A stretch of 64,000 bases of DNA from NCBI GenBank assembly GCA_030603385.1, contig JAUVXW010000001.1:192001-256000 (forward strand), read 5' to 3'. Every line of letters starts with the position of its first letter. The stretch's first letter is position 1. Below are positions 53,549 to 64,000 of the stretch, one piece after another. Below the pieces are notes generated by a model, which worked only from the letters and a program-made list of their open reading frames with translations, did no database searches and was not told the DNA's origin. The translations under genes were made by a program, and so were the position numbers. The DNA is from Promethearchaeota archaeon (GTDB taxonomy: Archaea > Asgardarchaeota > Lokiarchaeia > Sigyniarchaeales > SOKP01).

Positions 53549-54520
53549 ATGTCTCTTGAGAATAGACCTTTCGTTGAAAAATATCGTCCCAGATTTTTAA
53601 GTGAGGTTGTAAATCAAGAAGGTATCATTAAACGTTTGAAACAATTTGTTAAAGATAAGTCTATGCCTCATCTCATTTTTGCTGGTCCAGCTGGTACAGG
53701 TAAAACAACTTCTGCGCTAGCAATGGTTCGAGAATTATATGGGCGAAAGATGGCAAGGAATAGGACATATTTAGAATTAAATGCCAGTGACGCAAGAGGT
53801 ATAGATGTCATAAGGACATTTATCAAGGATTTTGCCAAAGCATTACCAGCTATAGACATTCCATATAAAATATTGATCTTAGATGAAGCAGACAACATGA
53901 CATCTCCTGCTCAACAAGCTTTAAGGAGAACAATGGAAAAATATACAAAAAATTGTCGGATGATTTTAATCTGTAACTATTCAAATAAAATTATTCCGCC
54001 TATTCAATCAAGGTGTGTTGTGTTTCGATTTTCATCCTTAAGCAACACTGATATCAAAACCAGGGTGAATTATGTAGCAAAACAAGAAAAGATAATCCTA
54101 ACTCCCGGAGGTCTAAATGCGTTAGTAGATGTTTCTAGAGGTGATTGTAGAAGGGCTATAAATTACTTACAATCATGTGGCACGATCTCTAAAAAAATTG
54201 ATAATGATATTGTTTTTAGAGTTGCTGGAGAAGTCCCTCCTGGAAAGATAAAAGATATTTTAAAGGCTGCTTTAGAAAGACAATTACAATTATCAATTAA
54301 ACTATTAAATGATTTAATCAATGATTATGGGCTCTCAGGACAAAATATTATTAAAAATATTTATAGAGAAATTTATGACTTAAATATTTCTGAAGATTTG
54401 AAAATTGAACTAACTAAGCTTTTAGCTGAATTTGAATATCGCCTAAGTCAAGGTGGAACGGAAGAAATACAGTTGCAGGCATTACTCTCTAAAATCGTGA
54501 TGTTGCAGGAGGCTGAATAG
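53549..54520 (+). CDS. rfcS: Replication factor C small subunit
   Basis: VEKYRP, GPAGTGKT, LELNASD, DEAD, SRC; no intein. Confidence 0.97.
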   Translation: MSLENRPFVEKYRPRFLSEVVNQEGIIKRLKQFVKDKSMPHLIFAGPAGTGKTTSALAMVRELYGRKMARNRTYLELNASDARGIDVIRTFIKDFAKALPAIDIPYKILILDEADNMTSPAQQALRRTMEKYTKNCRMILICNYSNKIIPPIQSRCVVFRFSSLSNTDIKTRVNYVAKQEKIILTPGGLNALVDVSRGDCRRAINYLQSCGTISKKIDNDIVFRVAGEVPPGKIKDILKAALERQLQLSIKLLNDLINDYGLSGQNIIKNIYREIYDLNISEDLKIELTKLLAEFEYRLSQGGTEEIQLQALLSKIVMLQEAE

Positions 54521-55366
54521 TTGATGCTTAAAATTAAAAGATTCTTTATTTTTTAAAAAGAAACTTTCCATTCTTCCCTTAGATCTTAGATCCTCACTTA
54601 ATTTAACTTTTTCTTCATAAATAATGTCCCATAATATTAATCCCCTTGGATCAGCTGGTTGATAAGAAAAGATTTTCAAGGGATCGAGTAATTGAATGAA
54701 ATCGTTATATAAAATCTCACCAATTCCCAACTCTAAAATTTTCTTAACCATGCGGCGAACTTGTTGCCTTAAAAACCCTTTGCTTTTAAACTGAAAAATT
54801 AAAAAATCACCCTCAATTGATAATTTTACTGATTCCATATCTCGTTTAGTATTTACTTCGTTCTTACTTCTTTTTGAGAAATTAATAAAATCATGTCGCC
54901 CTTCTAAGGCTCTACAAGCTTTATGCATGATTTCAATATTTATAGAGCTAATATTCTGAAGATGCGAAAGTGGTTTTGGCACGAGATATATATAATGGCG
55001 TAATATCGCATTATATCGAGAAGAGAAATCTAAAGGCACTTTTGTATATGCCCAGATCCCTATATCATAGGGTAAAGCTGAATTAATTTCCATTAAAACT
55101 GGTTCTTTTTCCAATATACAAGTAAAATAAGCGCCACGAGCAGATACAAGTCTATCTGTTCTGCTCGCCGCCTCAAATCCTGAAAGTTTAATGTTGTGAA
55201 TATATTTTTTTTTCATTAATGCTTTTAAAATACAATCTTCTATAGTCAGAAAATTAGATTGTCTTTGAGATCCGAAAAATTTCGATTTTCCTATATAATA
55301 TATTTTAAAAAGGTACTTGCTTTTTTCCATAGTTTTTATATCAACAATATTTAGTACTTCAATCAA
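54482..55366 (-). CDS. truA: tRNA pseudouridine synthase TruA
   Basis: GSQRQ, SRTD..VSA, R.Y.Y, HDF.NF, FLRQQVRR. Confidence 0.93.
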   Translation of the reverse strand: MIEVLNIVDIKTMEKSKYLFKIYYIGKSKFFGSQRQSNFLTIEDCILKALMKKKYIHNIKLSGFEAASRTDRLVSARGAYFTCILEKEPVLMEINSALPYDIGIWAYTKVPLDFSSRYNAILRHYIYLVPKPLSHLQNISSINIEIMHKACRALEGRHDFINFSKRSKNEVNTKRDMESVKLSIEGDFLIFQFKSKGFLRQQVRRMVKKILELGIGEILYNDFIQLLDPLKIFSYQPADPRGLILWDIIYEEKVKLSEDLRSKGRMESFFLKNKESFNFKHQLFSLLQHHDFRE

Positions 55367-55531
55367 AGATGTAAAAAATCTAAAACATTTTTATTTTATT
55401 GATACGATTTTGATTTTTACAATGTGTTGGATTAAAGAAAAACATTTTAATCTGAAGGATATTTTTTATATTCAAAATTTAATTATGGTTTATAAATTAA
55501 CAATTTTTATTAAAATTTTAAATGAAATGCC

Positions 55532-58500
55532 ATGGTCAAGATCATTGCTTCACTAAGAAATTTCCGTGATCGCATCAGAACCTCAATAAGCATAAAAACG
55601 CAAAATGTCTTATTTTTCTTCGCAATTTTTATGGTTGTATTCTTAGCCATTTTATTAAGGATCAGTCCAATTATTAGAGGACCACGATTAATTAAAGCGT
55701 TTGATCCTTGGATACAATGGTATAACGCAGAATATTTATCGGAACATACTTTATACGAATATTTTTCATGGCGTGATTTTAAGAGCTGGTATCCAACTGG
55801 ATTTAACCGTGGATCTCTACGTCCAGGTTTGACCTTTACAGTTGTTATTATATATAAAATATTAACCTTTTTTGGAATTCCTATCTCACTGTATGATATA
55901 TGCTATTTTTTCCCTGCAATTATAGGCGGTCTAACGGTATTAGTCATTTATTTCTTAGGAAAAGAAATTCTTGATCGAGGGACTGGACTAATTGCTGCTT
56001 TTTTTCTAGCCTTTAATCCCGGTTATATGCAGCGTACAATGGCAGGATTCTTTGATAATGAAACAATTGGTGTTTTTGCTACTCTATTGACATTTTTATT
56101 TCTTTTAAAAGCTATAAGAACTGGAAGATTTCTATTTTCTATTCTTGCTGGTCTTTCCTTAGGGTATTTGTCTCTAAGTTGGGGTGGTTATCAATTTGTT
56201 TACTTAATTATCCCATTACTTTGTATTATATTAATCCTTACTGAAAAATACAATGAAAATATACTAATTTCTTATGCTGTTGTAGAAGGAACTGGTTTGT
56301 TAATCTTTTCTTTATATACAGGTTTTAGTTATGATTCCTTATTCTCAGATTTAGAAATAGGTGGCATTTTTCTATTTACCATAATTTTAATTATATTTCA
56401 TATAATACAAACAAAAAAAGCCGAACAACCATCTTTATATAAAAATATTATAAATTTTGTAAAGTGGGGTTTTGTACCCGCATTAGTAATTGGTGCAATG
56501 ATTATATGGATTGCTCCTGATATTCTTCCTTTTGGTTTTGGTGGGCGGTTTCAAACGATCCTTAACCCTTTATTTCGCGAGGATGTAAGTCTAATAGCTT
56601 CAGTTGCAGAACAGATGCCAAGTTCATGGAGTGTTTTCTATTATAATACATTAATTCCATTAATTTTAACACCTCTAGGTGTTTATTTCTGTTTTAAAAT
56701 TTTAAATGCTCCAGAAATTTTCCTAATTGCGTTTGTAATTCTTATGTTCTATTTTACAGGAAGTATGATTCGGATTATATTAATGTTTTCACCTGCAGTT
56801 GCTTTGATGGGGGCATATGGATTAGTAAGTATTTTAAAAATTTTTGGTAGTTTTTTAGGAGAAAGGAGAGAGGGCATTAGTAGAAAACGTAAAAGACAAT
56901 TAAAAAGCACAATAGGGAATTCTGAAATCCTTGCTATATTTATGGTTGTTGGGTTTTTAGGTGTCGCTCAAATTGTTCATTCAACAGATATTTCAATTGA
57001 CCAATTTTCTTATAGTCAAATATCACCGGCGGGTGTTATTCATGATTGGGAAGAATCTCTGATGTGGATGAGATCTAACTTAGAAGGGACTGATGTAGTT
57101 GTATCTTGGTGGGATTACGGCTACTGGCTTACCCCAATAGGCAACGTCACTACAGTTAATGATAATGCAACCATGAATTCAACTAGAATCGGTTTAACAG
57201 GTATGGCTTTAATGCAGACTGATGAAATTTACAGTGCAAAAGCATTTCGTAGCTTAGGTGCAGATTATGTCTTAGTTTATTTTGGTTTAATGATTAGTGG
57301 ACTAGGAGGAGATGAAGGAAAGTGGCCTTGGATGGTAAGAATTTGCAATGACAGATATGCAAGTTATAAAAGGTTAGGTATGGAGGAAGATAATTGGGGT
57401 GAAGATTTTGTATTTAACGAAAGTGAGTACCAAAATCCTGATACTGGAAGAATGGGTGCTAAGTGGTTTAATAGTCAGTTAGTTAAGTTGATGTTTTATG
57501 GTGTCCCAACTAATCCGGCTGATATAGAGCAAGGAGACATAAGGGCGACTTATGTTAATACAATTAACAATGAAAATAATCCTACTGATGATGGTAAATT
57601 ATGGAAAGATTATATCCCTAACAATGGATTATATGATTTTAACATATTTTATCCAATATATATCTCAGCTTTAGGTTTAGTTAAACTTTATAAAATTGAC
57701 TATACAATCTTAGAATCTAGTTTTATGATAGAAGAAGCAGAACTTTTTGAAACTGGATATGCTACATTCAACCTAAAAAATACTGGTACGAAAGATTTAA
57801 CCATAAAAAGTGTTGAAGTAAATGGAATTGAATATGATTTTGTAATGCGTGAAAGTGGTGATCCTACTATAGTCGAAAGTGGTGATTCAGAAATGGTTTG
57901 GGTAGACATTAAATCGAAGGGTACAACTTTTCAGGAAGATGATGTTGTACATATTAATGTAACTGCAGAATCTGTAGCATTACAAGGAAAAAAATATGAA
58001 TTTTCGAATGTTACGAAAAATTTCTTTGTAAAAGAACCGGAACAAGGCGCTATTAGAATTAATAAGGAAAACAGTAAAGTAATCCAAAAAGATTCTTCAA
58101 CAACTGACATATATCTTGAAGTAGAAAACATTGGAGATACAATTGAAGTCTTGGAAAGGTTCTATCTCAATACCGATACTGTAGAAAATAGAATTAATCC
58201 TAATAACATTGATTATCTAAGTGGTTCATCTATTTTAAAACCAGGAGAAAAAGTAGATGTATATATAAATGATGTTTTTACTGACTTTTACCCTATTAGG
58301 AATTATAATAAGATTGGAGTTGCCAGTCCTAATAATGTAAGTGATGAGGTGTTATTTACTTCAACTATGGAAAATTATTCTATCTCTATCTTAAGTAAAG
58401 AGAGAATAATCTCCCCCGAAGCTTTAGCAGCAATTAATAGTAATGATAGAAAACATATTCCTATTAATTTCAATTTGTCTCATGGCTTTACTTATGAAAA

Positions 58501-59455
58501 TGGAAGTACAATACTTAAAATTAATGTGAAGAATACTGGAGATATTATATTTGGGATAGATTCAATTTATTTAACAGAATCTTTGATTGAAGTTGATTTT
58601 GCTGATTTCTATACAGAAAGTGGAAGTCTACTTTTGGATAAAGACGATGAGGATTTTATAATTATTGAAGCAACTGACTATGGGGATTTTGAAATCAATG
58701 ATGAGATTTTAGTTTGCATCACTGGAAGCTTCGGGACAACAGTGACTTCAGATATAGGCTATATTCATACAATAAAAGATGAACCAGATATTCAAATAAT
58801 TGAAAATATCGATAATACAATGACATCCTATATTTATGCAAATGAAACGGGGAAATTAGTAATTAAGAACACTGGAGATGAAACAGTAACAATTGATAAA
58901 ATATATGTAAATTCCTCTTTAACTAGTAATGTTACATATCTCTATGGAAATCCTTCTTTAGATGTTCAAGAATGTGCAATAATATCATTCGATATTCCGA
59001 ACTTGATGATAAATAAATCAAATGAGATGATTGTAAATGTTACAACAGCAATTCCATCAGTATATACTAATACAACATTAAATGCTTATGTGGATCCCGT
59101 ATATTATGATATAACAATTGATGATGATGGCACTTCTATAGAAAGTTCTTTTAACATGACTTTATTATTTACTAACACTGGAGAGTTCAATGTTACAATT
59201 GAGTCTGTTTATGTAAATGATACTTATATACCATTATCTCAACTTTATGCTTATTTTAATGATACTTGGGTACCATTAACTAGTAGTAATATAGAGGCTT
59301 TTGAAATTGGTGCTGGAAATTCAATGGAATTAACAATCAGTGTTAATGATCTCGAATTGATAACAGGACTAACGATTAATGTTGATGATGAAATAGTAAT
59401 CACTATACGAACAGAAGAAGGTGCGGAGATTATTCATGAAGAAATTGTTACATAA
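55532..59455 (+). CDS. aglB: Oligosaccharyltransferase AglB/STT3 with long repeated C-terminal extracellular extension
   Basis: FDPW, DNE, SVAE, WWDYG, DN.T.N motifs; multi-TM N-terminal half. Confidence 0.95.
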   Translation: MVKIIASLRNFRDRIRTSISIKTQNVLFFFAIFMVVFLAILLRISPIIRGPRLIKAFDPWIQWYNAEYLSEHTLYEYFSWRDFKSWYPTGFNRGSLRPGLTFTVVIIYKILTFFGIPISLYDICYFFPAIIGGLTVLVIYFLGKEILDRGTGLIAAFFLAFNPGYMQRTMAGFFDNETIGVFATLLTFLFLLKAIRTGRFLFSILAGLSLGYLSLSWGGYQFVYLIIPLLCIILILTEKYNENILISYAVVEGTGLLIFSLYTGFSYDSLFSDLEIGGIFLFTIILIIFHIIQTKKAEQPSLYKNIINFVKWGFVPALVIGAMIIWIAPDILPFGFGGRFQTILNPLFREDVSLIASVAEQMPSSWSVFYYNTLIPLILTPLGVYFCFKILNAPEIFLIAFVILMFYFTGSMIRIILMFSPAVALMGAYGLVSILKIFGSFLGERREGISRKRKRQLKSTIGNSEILAIFMVVGFLGVAQIVHSTDISIDQFSYSQISPAGVIHDWEESLMWMRSNLEGTDVVVSWWDYGYWLTPIGNVTTVNDNATMNSTRIGLTGMALMQTDEIYSAKAFRSLGADYVLVYFGLMISGLGGDEGKWPWMVRICNDRYASYKRLGMEEDNWGEDFVFNESEYQNPDTGRMGAKWFNSQLVKLMFYGVPTNPADIEQGDIRATYVNTINNENNPTDDGKLWKDYIPNNGLYDFNIFYPIYISALGLVKLYKIDYTILESSFMIEEAELFETGYATFNLKNTGTKDLTIKSVEVNGIEYDFVMRESGDPTIVESGDSEMVWVDIKSKGTTFQEDDVVHINVTAESVALQGKKYEFSNVTKNFFVKEPEQGAIRINKENSKVIQKDSSTTDIYLEVENIGDTIEVLERFYLNTDTVENRINPNNIDYLSGSSILKPGEKVDVYINDVFTDFYPIRNYNKIGVASPNNVSDEVLFTSTMENYSISILSKERIISPEALAAINSNDRKHIPINFNLSHGFTYENGSTILKINVKNTGDIIFGIDSIYLTESLIEVDFADFYTESGSLLLDKDDEDFIIIEATDYGDFEINDEILVCITGSFGTTVTSDIGYIHTIKDEPDIQIIENIDNTMTSYIYANETGKLVIKNTGDETVTIDKIYVNSSLTSNVTYLYGNPSLDVQECAIISFDIPNLMINKSNEMIVNVTTAIPSVYTNTTLNAYVDPVYYDITIDDDGTSIESSFNMTLLFTNTGEFNVTIESVYVNDTYIPLSQLYAYFNDTWVPLTSSNIEAFEIGAGNSMELTISVNDLELITGLTINVDDEIVITIRTEEGAEIIHEEIVT

Positions 59456-59609
59456 GAGACACCGCGGATATACTTCAATTTTTTTTTTACTGCTTTTTTT
59501 TTAGAAAAAATCAAAAGATATTATTCATTAGAATATCTATAGACTTATCTTTTATATATTATATTTTGTATAAATTAAAAATTAATTAAACATAATAAGT
59601 AAAAGTTAT

Positions 59610-61646
59610 ATGATTATGGACTTTCAATTACAAACTGATTTTGAACCTGCTGGTGATCAACCCTTAGCTATTCAAACTCTAACCAAGAATATTAAAAATG
59701 GTAAAAGGTTTCAAACCTTATTAGGTGCCACTGGGACAGGAAAAACTTTTACAATTGCTCAAATAATACAAGAAGTTCAGAAACCAACATTAGTAATGTC
59801 TCCTAATAAAACATTATGTGCTCAATTGTATAATGAGTTTAAAGAACTCTTTCCTGAAAATGCCGTTCACTACTTCGTTTCTTACTATGATTATTATCAG
59901 CCAGAAAGAATATTTCATTAAGAAATATCTCTGGAAGCATATATGCCTGTTTCAGGGATGTTTATAGAAAAAGACTTCAGTGTGAACGAAGAAATAGAAA
60001 GATTACGATTGGCTGCCACTCACGCTATCAGAACAAGAAAAGATGTTATAATAGTTGCTTCTGTTTCTTGTCTTTATGGAATTGGGAACCCGGAGGTTTG
60101 GACAGCAGTTTCTCTCAGTTTAGAAACAGGGCAAGCTATTAACCGAGGGGAAATGTTGAAAAGACTTATTAGTATTAATTATGAAAGAAATAATATCGAT
60201 TTTAAACCAGGTATAGTAAGGGTAAGAGGAGACATTATAGATATTTGGCCAGCATATTTAATTAATGCTATACGAATTTCACTTTTTGGGGATGAGATTG
60301 AATCAATTCAAGAGATACATCCAATTTCAAGTGAAGTATTAAATGATTTACCTAATTGCCGAATTTTCCCTGCTACTCATTTTATAATTCCAGAAGAGAA
60401 TAAAGTTAAAGCTCTTGAATCAATAAAGATTGAATTGAAAGATCAACTTGATAAATTTAGGAAAGCGAAAAAGTATGCCGAGGCACAGCTATTAGAAAGA
60501 CGCATTAAATTTGATCTGGAAATGTTAAGAGAAATGGGTTGGTGTAAAGGTATAGAAAATTATTCTAGGCATTTAGATAGAAGAGCTCCTGGTTCTCCTC
60601 CCATGACATTAATCGACTACTTCCCAGAAGATTTTCTTATTGTAGTTGATGAATCTCATGTTTCAATTCCTCAAATTCACGGGCAAATAGGTGGAGATAG
60701 ATCTCGTAAAAAAAATCTTGTGGATTATGGTTGGCGTTTACCAAGTGCCTATGATAATAGGCCCCTTACTTTTGATGAATGGGAAGATAAAATTAAATAC
60801 TCAATCTTCATGAGTGCTACACCCGGAGATTATGAATTAAAGAAAAGCGGGGAAATTTCAGCAGAACAAATAATTAGACCTACTGGTCTCGTAGATCCTC
60901 AAGTTGAGGTAAGACCTGCGAAGAATCAAATTGATGATTTGTTAGGAGAAATTAGAAAAGTCGTAGACAATAATGGTAGAGTTTTAGTTACTACACTTAC
61001 AAAGAGAATGGCTGAAGATATTGCGGATTATTATTCCGAGTTGGGGGTTAAGATAGAGTATTTACACTCAGAGGTAGATACTGTAGAAAGATTTGAGATT
61101 TTAAGGCAATTAAGATATGGAACTCATGATGTCATAGTTGGGATAAATCTATTGAGAGAGGGATTAGATCTACCTGAAGTTAAATTAGTTGCGATTTTAG
61201 ATGCTGATAAACTTGGATTTCTACGCGATAAAAGGTCTTTAATTCAAACAATTGGAAGAGCTTCTAGAAACGTAGAAGGGAGAGCAATTTTATATGGGGA
61301 TAGAATGTCTGAAGCGATGAAAACGGCAATAGACGAGACCAATAGGAGGAGGAATATACAGATTGCGTACAATGAGAAAAATAATATTACACCCCAAACA
61401 ATTAAGAAAAATATTTTAAAATCTTTATCTGAGGAAAAAGAATATAAAGAAAGAGAAGTGAAAAGATTAAAGCAAAGCGTTAAAGCGAAAATAGAAAGAT
61501 TACAAGAGGAAGGGGATATTGAGATTGTGATTGAATATCTTGAAAATAAGATGTATATGGCTGCTAAGGAACTTCGATTTGAAGACGCAGCATATTTGCG
61601 TGATAAAATTAAGGAGATAAAAAAGGCTTATAAAAAAACATCATGA
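59610..61646 (+). CDS. uvrB: Excinuclease ABC subunit B, two exons (59610-59906 + 59937-61646), about 668 aa spliced
   Basis: [26 protein letters not shown]|[27 protein letters not shown]-terminal UVR domain; both ORFs are in one frame. Confidence 0.95.
59907..59936 (+). other. Predicted 30-nt BHB intron in uvrB mRNA
   Basis: Central helix CCAG/CUGG (4 of 4 bp), bulges AAA and AAG, inner stem GAAUAUUUC/GAAAUAUCU with TAA in the loop; excision gives QPE-AY. Confidence 0.88.
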
Positions 61647-61687
61647 AATTTATCTTTTAATATTAACTGATTAAATTAGGAATCATT

Positions 61688-61756
61688 ATGAGCGAGAATT
61701 CGATTATTATCAAAGGAGCTAGACAAAATAATCTCAAAAATATTAATGTCATTTAA
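61688..61756 (+). pseudogene. uvrA: 22-codon N-terminal stub of uvrA
   Basis: MSENSIIIKGARQNNLKNINVI* matches the UvrA N-terminal I.I.GAR.NNLKN motif; directly after uvrB. Confidence 0.8.
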
Positions 61757-61852
61757 ACTCTCTTAGTCTTTTATAGTTGAAAAAGCTATATATAAAAATA
61801 ATCTATATATATCTATTGAATAATATATTCAAATTAAAAAAAGGAGAAAAAA

Positions 61853-62614
61853 ATGGTAAGTGATGTTTTAATTTATGAAGTTAAAGATCAAATAGCATAC
61901 ATTACATTAAACAACCCAAAGCGAAATCTACTAGACCCTCCTTTATGCAAAGCTTTGGGAGAAGCATGGGAGCATTTTGCGGATGACCCCGAAAGCAGAG
62001 TAGCAATTCTCAGTGCAAATGGTCCGGACTTTAGTTTTGGCGCAGATCTTAGACACAAGGGCTTATTAAAAGATCTTCGTAAAGCATTTCCCCCGAATGG
62101 TACCAAAATCCTGAAACCCATCATCGGAGCTGTCCATGGAACTGTTGCTGGAAGTGGATACGGAATTGTAATTCGCGGTACAGATATAACCTATGCTACA
62201 GAAGATACACAGTTTATCTTTGGAGAAGCCTGGGTCGGAATAGTTGGTGGAATTTTGGAATATTCACCTTACATGCCCTTTAAGATAGCTATGGAATTTT
62301 ATATGGGAGGGCAACCAATGAGTGGTAAACGGGCTTATGAAGTGGGGTTAGTCAACCATGTAACAAAAAATAGACAAGAACTCATGGAAGAAGCTACCAA
62401 AATGGCTGAAATACTACGTGACAATGCGCCATTAACATTAAAAGCGATTAAATACGGGCACTACAAGAATATGGAGCCTGCAGCAAGAAAAGCGACGCGT
62501 TTAGCGCAGGAGGAATTTAATGCGTTTATTCAACCTCAATTAGATAGCGAAGACCTGCAGGAAGGTATCGCAGCGCTTAAAGAAAATAGAAAGCCAATAT
62601 TTAAAGGACGCTAA
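61853..62614 (+). CDS. Enoyl-CoA hydratase/isomerase (crotonase) family
   Basis: ITLNNPKRN, FSFGADL, KPIIGAVHG..AGSG, A..VGLVN, E.RKP.FKGR. Confidence 0.93.
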   Translation: MVSDVLIYEVKDQIAYITLNNPKRNLLDPPLCKALGEAWEHFADDPESRVAILSANGPDFSFGADLRHKGLLKDLRKAFPPNGTKILKPIIGAVHGTVAGSGYGIVIRGTDITYATEDTQFIFGEAWVGIVGGILEYSPYMPFKIAMEFYMGGQPMSGKRAYEVGLVNHVTKNRQELMEEATKMAEILRDNAPLTLKAIKYGHYKNMEPAARKATRLAQEEFNAFIQPQLDSEDLQEGIAALKENRKPIFKGR

Positions 62615-62874
62615 CAACTTGGATCGGTATTTTTTCTCGAGACAAGAAATAAAAGAACTATTAAGAAGATCGGTAAGAATTGGCACTGATTTATTATTAG
62701 TTCTCTTACTATTTTATTTTTGAAACTACTTTCATTTTGAATCTGGATGAACATGTATATACCCTAATAGTTATTCTTATTAACAAACGTATCTATAAGA
62801 AAAAAAAATGTTTATTGGATATCTTAGCGTTTGTTTTAATTTAAAAAAACCTAAGAATTTAACTTAAAAAAAAA

Positions 62875-63984
62875 TTAAATTAAACTAAAAAGATCTATGC
62901 TTATTCCTTTAGGGTATTCGTCTCTTTCTTTGACCATTTTAATTGCGTTATTAGGACAATTCACAGCACAGATTCCACATCCTATACACACTTCTTCTCT
63001 GACTTTCATTTTTTCGTCTGATAAATCCGGTTTATTTGGCCAAATATGATAAATTGCTTCATTTGGGCATTTTTTCATACATGTTTCACATTTTGTACAG
63101 AGTTCCATATCAAATTCAGGAGTAAAATTGGTTTGATTTACACCCTTATAATGATGTAATTTTGCGGGGAAAAGTACTCCACAATGGCAACTGCAACAAT
63201 TACAAATCCACCTTGAGGTGTCCTTACTGGTATCCGCAACAGTATTATGAACAAGTCCCGCTTTCTCAGTATCTCTAATAAAGTCAATGGCTTCTTCCTT
63301 AGTTAATCTTTTTGCCCCTTGAGCGATCTGTCTTTCGGCTGCTTCTCCAGTTAAAAAACAACCCATTTCAGCAGGTGCTAGTTCACAGGGCTCACCCGTA
63401 TATTCACCAATTAACCGACATTGACAAGGAATGACAGCAAAAGATTTATTTTTATCGATCATATCTTTAACTACCTCAAAAGGAAGTACTTGAGTTTGAA
63501 CATCTAAAGATTTATTAACTTTAATTAACTTCTCCTCAGAGTCATATGGAAGCAAAGGACGGAATCCTCTTCTGATATTATCAACTTCTTCTAAATCTGG
63601 TGTCCTATTCTTAAAAATGTATCGGTAAATCTCCGCAACTTTGTGAAGATTTTCTTGGGAATCCTTACGTCTTATGAAATACATTTCAAATATACCCGGT
63701 ACAAGAGGTATTAATCTATAATCTGAACCAGATTTTAAAATAGTACCATTTCTTGCCGATCTTCTTAATATTTCTTCTATTTCTTCTTCTGAAATACCTG
63801 ATTTTTCCGCTAATTCTTTTCGTGAGATTTTTATACCAACATTATTAAATTGAGACAGAATTTTAATCTCATCTTCGTCCCAGAAAATTTTCATTAGTTT
63901 GTATACTTTTTTGTGTTTAGGAGCAGTTATTCTTCCAATTTGTAGTTTTTGTCTTACAATTTCATAATAGTCAACTTCAGTCAT
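62875..63984 (-). CDS. 4Fe-4S ferredoxin-domain protein
   Basis: PCQCR, ICNCCSCHC, and two CxxCxxCxxxCP motifs. Confidence 0.9.
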   Translation of the reverse strand: MTEVDYYEIVRQKLQIGRITAPKHKKVYKLMKIFWDEDEIKILSQFNNVGIKISRKELAEKSGISEEEIEEILRRSARNGTILKSGSDYRLIPLVPGIFEMYFIRRKDSQENLHKVAEIYRYIFKNRTPDLEEVDNIRRGFRPLLPYDSEEKLIKVNKSLDVQTQVLPFEVVKDMIDKNKSFAVIPCQCRLIGEYTGEPCELAPAEMGCFLTGEAAERQIAQGAKRLTKEEAIDFIRDTEKAGLVHNTVADTSKDTSRWICNCCSCHCGVLFPAKLHHYKGVNQTNFTPEFDMELCTKCETCMKKCPNEAIYHIWPNKPDLSDEKMKVREEVCIGCGICAVNCPNNAIKMVKERDEYPKGISIDLFSLI

Positions 63985-64000
63985 AAAATAATTGAGGTTT

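Noticed and set aside
59610-59921. uvrB as two separate proteins or a point-nonsense pseudogene
   Set aside because: The stop lies within a structured 30-nt insertion and both flanks are intact.

Overview
AT-rich archaeal chromosome segment, very probably Lokiarchaeia (Asgard archaea). This is supported by several Ras-superfamily small GTPases, a Sec23/24-like Zn-finger/vWA protein, an IPGY-TM-basic (Loki-CTERM-like) sorting signal, a split rpoA'/rpoA'' and a eukaryote-type SECIS. It is mostly housekeeping: pus10-rpl21e-rpo4-DUF655-ksgA; rpoA'-rpoA''-rpl30e-nusA-rps12-rps7; rpl44e-rps27e; PCNA-priL-priS-GINS; nop10, aIF2a, EF-1a, rpoL/csl4, enolase, rfcS, truA, aglB and uvrB. An accessory stretch lies at about 6-27.7 kb. 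Main finding: two conserved protein genes, RNA polymerase rpoA' and uvrB, are each interrupted inside a conserved motif by a 30-nt stop-containing hairpin insertion. Both fold into a bulge-helix-bulge (BHB) motif with the same geometry, and cutting at the canonical BHB positions restores the conserved protein sequence. These are candidate tRNA-endonuclease-spliced mRNA introns in an Asgard archaeon. The ORF track also misses a UxxC selenoprotein with a 3' SECIS, a TAG-interrupted cold-shock gene, a uvrA stub, a stop-interrupted LAGLIDADG-domain gene and a small Cys-rich ORF. No tRNA, rRNA or CRISPR array was recognised. All assignments come from reading motifs by eye; no searches were run.
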